Source: Sphyrna mokarran (lineage: Eukaryota). From it: a stretch of 64,000 bases of DNA. Of the stretch, positions 1 to 10,949 are shown piece by piece. Each line of letters opens with the position of its first letter. Position 1 is the stretch's first letter. Location: the NCBI GenBank assembly GCA_024679065.1, contig JAGIQG010000016.1, forward strand, positions 12,834,001 through 12,898,000, read 5' to 3'. The notes beneath the pieces were generated by a model, which ran no database searches, was not told the DNA's origin, and was given only the letters and a program-made list of their open reading frames with translations. The translations under genes and the position numbers were made by a program.

Positions 1-467
1 CCAAGGATATTTAGCATTTATCTGAGTGTACGAGGCTGGGAAAGAGTTCAGTTGTACTTTGTATCTTATTTTGTCAATGTGAAACAGTGAGGCTATCCTT
101 GAACAAGACGTTCTAAAGCAAATCCCAGAAACAAAATAAGTTAATAAAACTGAATGGACATGTTAAGAAAATTACTTGAAATTGCTTCGATTTTACTTGA
201 AATTGTGCAGCAAAACAATAAGTAGGATATGAAATTCCGACATAGAGATTCATCAATCTTGAGATATCAATATGTGTTATCATAATCGCAGTTGCTTATT
301 CAGTGTAACACTTTAATCTGTTGCATGCACTTTTCTGTTCAGGATTCCAAATTTATATATTTTTTTGTTTTCAGGATTTAATGTCTCATAATTACGCACT
401 GTTTCAACACAACTGAAAACTGTACTTGGCATTACTTGAACCATCTACACAATCTATACGGCTAGGG

Positions 468-555
468 TTATTATTATTATCATCATCAACAACATCATCA
501 TCATCATCAACATCATCCTCATCGCTATCATGATCATGATCATGATCATCATCAT
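468..555. repeat. Compound (TTA)n/(ATC)n/(ATGATC)n microsatellite
   Basis: Directly visible; explains the Asp-rich 404..598 ORF. Confidence 0.9.
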
Positions 556-1606
556 TAAAGCACAGAATACCTGAATGAAATTTGAAGCTAATTTTCACGA
601 TTCAATGTCACAATTTTGGAATGCTGTTTTTAGCTAACATTAAATGAATAAGTAACAATGATTTGTGGTATAATGAAAACAAGAAATGAAAAGATGAATT
701 ATCGTGATCACAAAAGCATATGTACGCATTAACATTGAACAATTGGAAGGCGGGCTCAAGGAGCATTTTTTTTTAATATTGTCAAAGTTACATAAGTGCT
801 TCCAGATTCCTTCGGTATAATAGTGATTTGAGGATTGTTGAAAGGCTACTGCATGAAACCCTTGATTGAAAGAAATACTGAGATCCACTTTATGTTCCTA
901 TACTTCAAACAAATACACTGGCATTTGATTTGCGAAGAATTGACTTTCAATTGCTCACTTTTTCTTAATCTCAAATAACTATCGTTAGATCTGTTAAAGC
1001 ACCACCTTCCAGATATATATTCCTCAAAAAGTCAACCGTATTTTTTTTTTTTGCAAAATCGATGTACACGGTGTGGCTGACGACAGACGTCATTAGTAAA
1101 ACTTGAAGTAAAGAAAGATTAAACTCATGATTAGACGGAAGAATTGTTGGACGTGACAAGTCATTTCATTAATAAGCTTGAATATTAATCTGGCTTTAGA
1201 AGTATATTGTGAGACTATTTATGTGAATGCACAACTCCAGCGGAGATGACTTACTCTTTTATTAAAAAATCGGGACAGAATATGCTTAAATGCAAAATTG
1301 TTCAGCGAATTAACTGACTTGATCGCAGATCCTACAGATCTCACAATAAGCGGGAATAGTAAGGAAAACATGCCTTAGGTGATCAGGTAGGCCTATATGA
1401 ACATGCTTATGTCTGTATTTTTGAGGTAAACAGAGGCATAAAGAGAGAGGGAGAGAGAGAGAGAGAGAAAGAGAGAGAACATTACCTGAGTTTCTGGATT
1501 AATCGTCTAGCGTTAACATAGGCAGACCACCACTTCCCTATGTTGATCTTTCATCTGAAATTAAATAAACCAGAGATATCTTTTTTTTATGTCCTTAATG
1601 ATCCAG

Positions 1607-1627
1607 AACAAAAGAAGTCGGCAAACG
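1607..1627 (+). pseudogene. Degenerate 21-nt heptad microexon (EQKKSAN), donor GT>AT
   Basis: ttttttttatgtccttaatgatccAG|AACAAAAGAAGTCGGCAAACG|ATgagg; same length and phase as, and similar to, the 6724 and 26105 exons. Confidence 0.45.
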
Positions 1628-3294
1628 ATGAGGGCGAAATTGTAGTTATTGTGACAAGTATAAGAAACACACAAACAAATGACTTTTTCTCTTCTAGTGT
1701 GGTATTTAATTAGAGATAGAGATCGGTTTCATTTAATAATAGCTGAGGCCCATGTGACAAGTGATCTGTTTTGATGTTAGTAACATGAACTATATTGCTG
1801 TGCAATTGCAAAGGCGTTCAAGGTGATAGCATATGTTTTCCACAAATGCCTTCTGCCATTTTCTCGGCTGGTTTATTTCAGATGAACATTATTAATAGGT
1901 TGAAAAGGGATATTTTGAACTGCTACTATAAGAACAAAATTAGCATTGAGCAGTGTGCAGCACAGAGAACACTCATTCTCTGTGCAGCCCTCAATATAGT
2001 TAAAAAAAAATCAGCTTCCCAGATATTATTCGAACATATGTCAATCATCTGGTCCCGGCTACATTCACCCAACAGAATCATTTGCAAAATGAATCCCACG
2101 TTATGATGATAGAGGCCGAAGTTTTAATAGTGATAACAGAATAGTTTCACAAATGTCGTCGTTTAATAAGTCAAAACATCATTTGCTTGGCAATTGTCAA
2201 TAAATTGTATTGCAACCATGGAAATACAAACATTCTTACACATCCAATAGGTCTGTCACATGATCTCGGACAAGGATCACTGCATTATTCTTCCATGAAA
2301 CTGAATTCAACTAGTTGCAGTTTAATTAGTATGCTGATAGAAGCAGAAATCACTGACATTCAGCTACCTTCTGCAATCATGATCTTCGTACCTCCAGAAT
2401 CACCGATTCATCACGTAATATTCCAAAATGGAAACATTGTTCCGCAGTAAAAGAATGTTCTAAAGTCTGGCAACGTCCCTTTAAAATAAGCATTCCAGTT
2501 GACTTCTGACTCAGTAATTTGGCACATGAATATCACCAAGTCAGAATGTCGTGTGCGTGCGTGTGTATGAGTGTGTATGTGTTTGTGTGCATGCGTGCGT
2601 GTGCAGGAGGTAGTGACAAACTTTAATTGATCACATATTAATAAATGGATTTTTTTAAAAAAATTACGCGCTGATATTCTTGACATTTCTGATGACTTAT
2701 TCTCTTAATCTAAGCATCTTATGTGCTGCTACTGAGCGCCTTCTGCCACTACGTTTCAATTTATGTAATGATATCATACTTTGTACTGGCACAAAATGCG
2801 AAGAACAGACTTAGCATAATGTTGTTTTAAACAGCTTTTAAACATGTATACATTAATTCCAAAAGTCATGTCAAAGTATCAAAATGGCGAGACATGGAAT
2901 TACTTGGAATTTCCCCCCAAAATTGCAAGCATTTTCAGGGATGATCTACTCGAAAAAATGAGAAGAGATTAAAAAGGAGGGAAAAAAATGAGATCAGACA
3001 CTAAAGACAAGCCAACATCAATTCAGAAAGACCAAGCGACCAACCCTGATCTACTTTGTAAATGCGATATTCATTAATTCTGAAAGTGCAAGCTATGTTC
3101 TTTAATGATATCATTGTTGTTTAGAGTTTCGGTAATCGTATTATTTATTCGTCTTTTTATACGTTATTTATTTGCGTTATTTATGCGTCTTTTATTTTTT
3201 GATGTCTTTCAAAATGCAGGACCGAAACAATCGTTATTAGATGAAAGATGCAGCAATATAGACATTTCAATTTATAAATTGTTTACCAATGCAG

Positions 3295-3315
3295 AACTGA
3301 ATAAGTAATCAGAAA
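3295..3315 (+). pseudogene. 21-nt heptad microexon with in-frame stop (ELNK*SE)
   Basis: gtttaccaatgcAG|AACTGAATAAGTAATCAGAAA|GTgaga; aligns to the 31765 exon (AACTGAAGATGTA-TCAG) with one extra A creating TAA. Confidence 0.5.
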
Positions 3316-3589
3316 GTGAGAAAGGAGTGGCACTATCACGATGTAATTCAGCAACGCACGCTCCAGCCACTTGTTTCAGCTTTTAAAAATGGCGCCCTCA
3401 ATGAATACCTTTGAACAGCAGAGAAAAAAACAAAATCAATTGGAGACTCTGATTGACATAATGCTGTCAAATTTCCTAAACCAAACAAATTGCACCCAAG
3501 GCGGTTTTTGGTCTGGAAATGGGTAATTTTAGGTTCTGATACATGATTTTTTAAATTCTTCCCCGTCCACCAAAAAAAAAGTGCTGGAT

Positions 3590-4870
3590 GAATGGATGAG
3601 GACAAATACAGTTCACATTGCTAATGACCGTGCAAGAGATGAACTATCGAACTAGAAGGGATCATGAGTCATTCGTACGGCAACAATTGGGCACAGTTCC
3701 GAAAAAAAAACAGATTCATGACCACTTGGAAAGTTTTTGTTTTTCAAGCAATGGTCAACAAAACATTGCTATATAGACCTCATGGCTAATAAATTGACTA
3801 AATGTTTCATGTAATATGGAAAAGTCTGCGGGTGAAGGAAGTTCATCATAGTGATTTTAGAATGTGTTGACAATGAGCCTCTTGGGAGATTAGTTGAACA
3901 GTTTCACGTTCTTGCATGTATTGCAATTCTGACGAGATATCAGAAACTGGCCGAGTAATAGAATTAAAGCGCATTCGTGTAAGTCTGGTCAAGTGACTGA
4001 GACCTAATGTGCAATGACGTGCAACAACGATTAGTAATGAAACTCTTATTGTGAGTTACATACATGGACGACAAAATGTGATTGAGTAATGATAATTAAG
4101 TTTGCAGACAACATTAACATTGGCATGACGGTTAATGTGAAGAAGATCGTTATAGGTTGTAGGATAGCATCATAGCGACAGGCCCTTCTGCACAAATAGT
4201 GCACGCTGCTTTTTTTTTATTATTAATCTGGTCCTAAATTGCTGATGTTTAGCCCATATCACCTGGTAACATCCTTAGCCATGTAACATTGTTATTCATG
4301 TAACCGTCTAGATGTCTTTTTTTGTTATTATTAAACATAAAAATGCACCCGACTCCACCACTAACTATGGAATTTCGTCCGAGGAACTCACAACACTCTC
4401 TGTGAAGAAATTCCCTCTGGATCCTTTTGCGTCTCTCTTCAAACCTATATCCTCTAGAATTAGACTGCTCTCGCTTTGGAATACATGTTGACTATCTACT
4501 TTTACGATGAGGGCAATCAGTGATGATGGAGTTCTCCAGAGTGTAGGTTCGGTGACAACTGCGGTAGAATGTGCAACTTTGTTAATCTCATAATCGGAGG
4601 GATGTGATAGCACACGAGTAAGTACAGAGTATGTTTGCAGGAATATTCCATGAGAGAAGGATTCGATCTACAAGAAGAGAATATGCAACGTAATAAGTGA
4701 GTGGGGAGCAGCTATTCCTATGAGCTGAGAGTCCAATCACGAGGGACCACAGCATTTGGGTAAGGTACAGGAGATTCAAAGGAGATTTGAGATAAAATGG
4801 TCTCACTCAGACTGCTGTGCGAACTTGGAATGATATGTCTGGGAAGTTCGTCGAACACTCAAAACTTTTT
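3590..4870. mobile_element. Cluster of highly decayed CR1 LINE fragments (mixed orientation)
   Basis: RT-region remnants on + (aagtttgcagacaac = KFAD); an inverted 3' end from ~4185 (caggcccttc...). Confidence 0.65.
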
Positions 4871-5279
4871 ATCTTTTAATACTCTAGGAATAATGATTTG
4901 GAACTTCATAATAACCAGGACCTTTGGACAGTGCAGAACATTTACGTGCTTTGCATGTTAGATATAATAGATACATATTCAATTTTTCGAAGTGTTTTTG
5001 CGACGCAGAGTAGTTAAATGACCCAAGAGTCCTTCATAGCAGACACATCAACGAAGGGAACATGACAAACCGAACGGCCGATATGATTTTTTTTTACTCG
5101 TCTCTACACAAGACACTGCGGAAAATGTATACTGCAAAAGGGAACAAAAATGTAGCAACTTTGGATAACTCAAGTAAAAAAAAAGTGTTGAGAAGATGTT
5201 ACCCGGTAACATTAGATGGATTTGCTCTTGTTATTGCTTTCCTCGGGGTTTATTAGTATTGTTTTATTACCTCCCACAA

Positions 5280-5300
5280 AATTGAAAAAGTGGCAACAAG
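5280..5300 (+). pseudogene. 21-nt heptad microexon (ELKKWQQ) with acceptor AG>AA
   Basis: gttttattacctcccacAA|AATTGAAAAAGTGGCAACAAG|GTaagc: strong donor and pyrimidine tract, but no AG. Confidence 0.6.
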
Positions 5301-5559
5301 GTAAGCAATAAAGACAAATGTTGTGCACCTAATGTGAAGTGAAGGGGTGTCTGCGAAGAAAATGTTTGGGGATACAATTATAGATCGAGAGTCAGAAAGG
5401 TAGACAGACTGAAATAATAGGATAGATAAATAGTAGGAATCACAAAGATACATGGGTTGAACATTTAAAAAAAATCCACGTCGATAGTAAACTAAGAGCA
5501 GAATTGAACGAGCATGCCTGGTGCTGTGAAATAATACTGCTAAGGACTGTGATACTGTG

Positions 5560-5852
5560 TCTCCAATAGAGAGATAGATAGACAGATAAACAGATGGCTG
5601 GGTTACGGACGGATGGAGAGAAGGATGGATGGATGGATGGATAAATGGGGGGCAGATGGACTGATGGAGGAAGAGATGGGCGGATGGTGGCAGAAATGGC
5701 TGAATAGAGGTATGAAAGTTTGGAGATTTAGCATTGGATCGACGGGAAAAGAAGGACATGAAACGACGGATTAGCAAGAAAGATGAAAAAGTGAAAGAAA
5801 GAGAAAGAGTGAAAAAGTGAGAGAGAGAAAAAAAGAGAAAGCGAAGGGGACA

Positions 5853-5920
<68 letters not shown>
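5560..5920. repeat. Purine-rich (GGAT/AGAT/GA) low-complexity tract ending in (CA)n at 5856-5920
   Basis: Directly visible; produces the spurious CVCV ORFs. Confidence 0.95.
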
Positions 5921-5922
<2 letters not shown>

Positions 5923-6723
5923 TTTGGAATGGAGAGAGAGTTTCAAAAGTCAATAAAATTCGTGATTTCTACATAGTTTTATGAAACTGTTGTCTTACAA
6001 CCAGTGGCAAGCAATACCACAAATTGAGCAATCAACTCAACTTTAATTGGACAGTCTGAACTTCACTGCCGAAATCAAGCATCATCTAAACGGCACGGTT
6101 CAAGTACTCCTGGCACAACGCTATAAAGCATGCCCAGGAAAACACATCTTAATGATTCCAAGGTGAATATCACTGAACTCGATCTCCAACACAAAGTGGA
6201 CGCAACTTAAAATTTTTGCATTCAAGGTTGTCCCGAACATAACAGAGACTCTTCAGCTAGTGGCATCATGATTCACTCGTGCTATACGCAAGGCTGAGCA
6301 AAGGCTCAGCCAAATGGTTGAAAGAAACGCAAATATGACATTACATTCTTCCACAGAGGATATGATAGTCGTAGTGGAAGTCAGAGGCGACTTTCGTCAA
6401 TTGCGTGGATGGCTGATCACTGACAGAGAGCAACACCACATGAGTTATACTTCTTGAATCAGTTGTTTTTACTTTTAGAAGCCAGCCTTACTAATCATGA
6501 ACTTTGGCTGAGATGTAGTGATCCCCAGAATTCGGATTTCTGCCTCAAATCAAAGAGAAACCTTTAATGCCTGGGAGTATTGCTACCCAGCTTTAATAAA
6601 CATAATCTACGCATTATTTACTGATATTTACATTGGTTGTAGTACAATGTCAATTGATTATTCGAGAATGATTGCAAGTAGAAATATATTGCTGCTTTTA
6701 GTTTTTTTTAATGATCAATGTAG

Positions 6724-6744
6724 AACTAAATATGTCGGGAGATG
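6724..6744 (+). CDS. 21-nt phase-1 heptad microexon (ELNMSGD), GC donor
   Basis: ttttttttaatgatcaatgtAG|AACTAAATATGTCGGGAGATG|GCgagt; similar to the 16568 and 26105 exons. Confidence 0.55.
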
Positions 6745-6889
6745 GCGAGTGCGGAACAACATTGTTTACCTGCAACATTTCATTTCAGCCTTCTTGAAAA
6801 TATTTCATTTTCAAGCATTGTCCACATTGACAAATAGAATGTGTTTGCACAAAATTACTTTTCTGATACTAGTCAATCATACTAGTTAC

Positions 6890-7110
6890 TAGCTCCATGA
6901 CCCTATAAATTTATCGAGCTAACTCCGTGATTCAAAGAGATGATTTGACATAGGAAATCAAACTAAGTAGAAACTGGAATGTCGAGAACAAGATTACACA
7001 AACACACGGAGAGCGTGCAAATTACATGCATGCAATCACCAAAGGCTGCAATTAAGATCGAGTCTCTGATGCTGTATAGAAGTGCAGCTGGACACCATCT
7101 CACTTTGCCG
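6890..7110 (-). mobile_element. Decayed tRNA-derived SINE (V-SINE/HE1-like)
   Basis: Resembles the better-preserved copy at 29230-29541. Confidence 0.55.
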
Positions 7111-7309
7111 CTAATGTACTGTGATGTGCTGAATGGCACACACGTTGATTAATTACATTTTTTTTGGAGATTGGCAAAGGAAAACGAATTACATGTCAAT
7201 TTACCAACATTGTGACATCAAGGGCAAACAAATTTTACCGATGATTAAAATGGGGAGATTGAAGTAGTGTTTTCCAACTTTGCTTTTTAAAATAAAATCG
7301 AGGGAGTGG

Positions 7310-7715
7310 CACATTTTCCTAGTCCATAAGAAAGTACAAAGAGTCGTGAATGAAGCCAACACATCGCTCAAGCCAACTACACATCCATTAAACTTTATAT
7401 AATGTTCTTGCCTCCACAAGGCAGCCAGCATAAACGTCATGCACCACGGAAATGTTGTCTCCTCCTACTCGATAAAAAAAGCAAATATCTAGTCTATTAT
7501 CAACCGTCTCAATAAAACCCTCTTCCCTGCTGCCGTCAGAATTTGACTAGACATACTCATAACAAGTTGAGTTTCCTCTGAACCCGAACTTAGCTATCTA
7601 AGATTGTATTTTGCATCCTCATCGTTCTTTCTACGTGGATTTTATGGTTAATTAAATCACGGGCATGAAACATATTTTCACTATTTAATAATATGAGAAT
7701 AATAAATCTCATCAA
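7310..7715 (+). mobile_element. Decayed 3' end of a non-LTR element (Rex1/Babar-like)
   Basis: Remnants such as aaggcagccagcataa...cttccctgctgccgtcag, ending in aataataaatc; clade assignment is from recalled similarity. Confidence 0.4.
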
Positions 7716-7732
7716 ATAATCTCTTTGCTTTT

Positions 7733-8400
7733 GAGGTCACTGAAAGTAGGCAGTCAAGTGGATAAAGTTGTTAAGAAGGCATATGGAGTCTTAGCTTTTA
7801 TTGGTAGGGGGATTGAATTTCGGAGCCGCAGCATCATGTTGCAAATGTACAAAACTCTAGTGCGGCCGCACTTGGAGTATTGTGTGCAGTTCTGGTCGCC
7901 ACATTATAAGAAAGATGTGGAGGCATTGGAGAGGGTACAGAGGAGGTTTACCAGGATGTTGCCGGGTATGGAGGGCAGGTCTTATGAAGAGAGGCTGAGG
8001 GATTTGAGGTTGTTTTCGTTAGAAAGGAGGCGGCTAAGAGGGGACCTTATCGAAACATATAAGATGATTAGTGGTTTAGATAGGGTGGACAGTGATAGCC
8101 TTTTTCCTAGGATGGAGAAAGCTAGCACGAGGGGACACAGCTTAAAATTAAGGGGTATGAGTTATAGGACGGATATCAGAGGTAGGTTCTTTACTCAAAG
8201 AGTGATTAGGGAGTGGAATGCCCTGCCTGCAGCTGTTTTAGATGCGCCAAGTTTGGTGGCGTTTAAGAGGTTAATTGATAAGTATATGGAAGAGAAGGGA
8301 ATGGTTTAGTTTGGAGGGGAATTGCTTTTTATTTTGGTCGGCACAACATCGAAGGCCGAAGGGCCTGTTCTGTGCTGTATTGTTCTATGTTCTATGTTCT
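7733..8400 (+). mobile_element. Young 5'-truncated CR1 LINE (ORF2 C-terminus intact to stop at 8309)
   Basis: YKTLVRPHLEYCVQFWSPH...TRGHS...FFTQRV; 3' UTR hairpin AGGCC-GAAG-GGCCT; (TTCTATG)n tail. Confidence 0.97.
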
Positions 8401-8679
8401 ATATAACCATAATAAATTATATCAGCTGCATCTGATCCTCTTGGTAAATAGCACTGCGCTAGTTTCCTCAATAAAAAAAGTAAAACAGTTCAAAAATCGG
8501 GCATCATACTTGAAATGTGTTTGCAATTATATCAGCCAAAATAATGTATTCCAATAACTAAATACCGTCGGTAACCTGAATGAATAATGGTTGAAATACA
8601 CCAAATCAACAATCTCGAGGGAAGGAGTCATGAAGGTTCATTATTTCAGCAACTGATGTCTCAAGTGAGGATTGTACTA

Positions 8680-8900
8680 ATACTGCAATCAATTTATTGT
8701 GAAATGCTACAAACCGCCACGTTCTGGCGCCTGTGTGGGTTATCAAGTCTAGCCACCACATCTTTCAAACTGTGGGAGTAATCCCGAGCTTCTGGCGCAA
8801 AACCATGCGGTCACAAGGACGGCGTGCAAACTCCATTGAAACAGTATTCGCAACCCTGGTCGCTGATATTGTGAGGCAACAGTGGTAACCATTATGCACC
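8680..8900 (-). mobile_element. Decayed SINE
   Basis: gccacgttctggcgcctg...cacatctttc...actgtggga...gtgcaaactcc motifs shared with the other SINE copies. Confidence 0.55.
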
Positions 8901-9822
8901 GTGAAATGATGTGTTTGATGTGCTGTTAATGAAGCAGACTACTATGATTGATGTAGAAACAACACCGCGATGATCATATACAGTATATATTAAGGAACAT
9001 TTGATGGCACATTTGCGCATTATCTTCATACGATAGTCGCGCATCCTTAATGGATTCCTCATCAGCGTAAACAGAACATGTATGGCTTGGCATCGGCTAT
9101 CTTCTCTATATTTTGTCACTTCACAATTTAGCCAAATATTAACAACGGCAACGTTTTCGTTGTAAAATATCAGTCAATATGCTAGGAGATAGTCGACGCT
9201 GAAAATGACTTTAAACGATTGTGTTGTATGTTCGCATCAAAATTGGCCTAACTATTCTGAACTTACAGGGAATTCGTCCTATTTTGATGGCAAGTAGTAG
9301 TAGAGAGTAAAATGTCTCGAGATCCCTCTCAGACGTTCCAAATTTTTTATGCAAATACACGAGGGTAGCTGGGGTAAGTTGATGTCTTCCTATATTAATA
9401 TCCAACCGTGGAAGGGTACGGAAATTGTTTCCTATCGTGTGAGCAAATTCAGGTTACTTTTTTTTTCAATAATAGATATTTCGTTTTCAGAAATGCTGCA
9501 TTATATTGACGTCTTCACAATGTTTTGCATGTAAGAAATGGAGGACGGTCGTATTCATTTGCAAATTAAATTACTCATCAGGTTAAAACGCGGATGATAT
9601 GCGCTTTTTCTTGCCACGTGAAGTTTTTGAGGCATAAAAAGTACAATATTATGTATTAAAGAGCAAATAATATTGAAGGACTGTCATGTTATGGCATGAG
9701 TAAATGTGAGCCAATGATTAGACTTACATTGGTTGGTGTCATGCGTTGTTAACGTCGTCTAACAATTGTGTTCCTCTCACGTTGTACTGAATCTTGAAAT
9801 ATATTTCTATAAAACCTTACAG

Positions 9823-9843
9823 CAATGACAGCGTGCCAGAAAG
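9823..9843 (+). CDS. 21-nt phase-1 heptad microexon (AMTACQK)
   Basis: atttctataaaaccttacAG|CAATGACAGCGTGCCAGAAAG|GTaaga; phase 0 gives a stop. Confidence 0.6.
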
Positions 9844-10949
9844 GTAAGACAAAAAAAAGTCTACTCTTTTCTTGAATCTCGTTCAAGAAAACAGGGAATA
9901 TAAATCACGGGATAAACTGGTAAGCGGAGACAAGGTCCATTGCTGTTGGTAGAATATGTAACAAAAACAAATACATCTGTGGAGAACACAACAATTCAAA
10001 AATCGAGTTTGTACTTTCTCGTTCAGGGGATTTAAAGTGGCGCCATCTGGGATCGAAAAATTAGGGCTTCTTGTCTCTCCCCAGATGTTGCAGGACCTGT
10101 TTTTTTTTTCCTTTCAGATTTCCAGCAATATTTTGCTTTTGTTAGTGGAGGTATTTACTGAAGTCTGAATTGTTCTATTGAATCGCATAATTAGCAGCAA
10201 CATAAATAATCTCTTCTGCAGCGATTTCTTTCCTGAAGATTGAATAAGTTTATATTGATGGCATAACGGTAGCTAATTGAATTGGAACTCTTCCGGATAT
10301 ATTTGAGAACTAATAACCATGATACAAATGAGGAGAAGAGCCGGCAATAATTGGTTCAGAGTTCCAATGTTGCAATGAATCTAATGCAGAAAGATGTATC
10401 AGTTCAATACAGAACAAGAGCAGAGGGAAGAGTTGAATAACAATATTTAACAAGATCACCCGATTTCGTGACAAGTAATCTATTTTTGTAAACATGTGGC
10501 AATATGTTGAATTAATGCAAAAGCTTTTGAATTATTATATTTCTCTATTGTCAACAATATAAAATGAGCATTGACAAATTCGAATAAATGAATGTTCCCG
10601 TAACTTACGGTGTTGGAACTAAATCTTGCAGTTCACAGTCTAAAACCGGGTTGAATGATATGGGATCAGTAAAGAGCTGACTAACATCAACAAACGTTAT
10701 ACAGGAATGGTGAGAATATTTTTTGCAATGATTTCTTTAATGCTAGAGTGCAAACAGAATATGGGATCGGACAACGTTTATAACTATGGTGGAATGAGAT
10801 GAGAAGTGTATTTATTTTCTCTCTCTACCAGTTTCAGTGTCTGAAAAATCATTGTGTCAAGCAGGAAAGAGCATCCGACTTTAGGCAAAACACGTTCAAC
10901 TATTGTGATAGTGTGCAATTCAGGGCAACGTACAATATTCTAATTTAAT

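Noticed and set aside
87-107. GTGAGGCTATCCTTGAACAAG (xEAILEQ), 13/21 identical to the 29812 exon
   Set aside because: Both splice sites would have to be broken; cannot be separated from chance.
404-598. Asp-rich ORF
   Set aside because: Translation of an (ATC)n microsatellite.
3962-3982. AG-21nt-GT reading ELKRIRV
   Set aside because: No pyrimidine tract, weak donor, and it lies within a decayed CR1.
5253-5953. CVCV and PSIH-rich ORFs
   Set aside because: Translations of the (CA)n and (GGAT)n microsatellites.
9491-9511. Strong acceptor followed by EMLHYID
   Set aside because: GT falls after 20 nt rather than 21 and the donor is poor.
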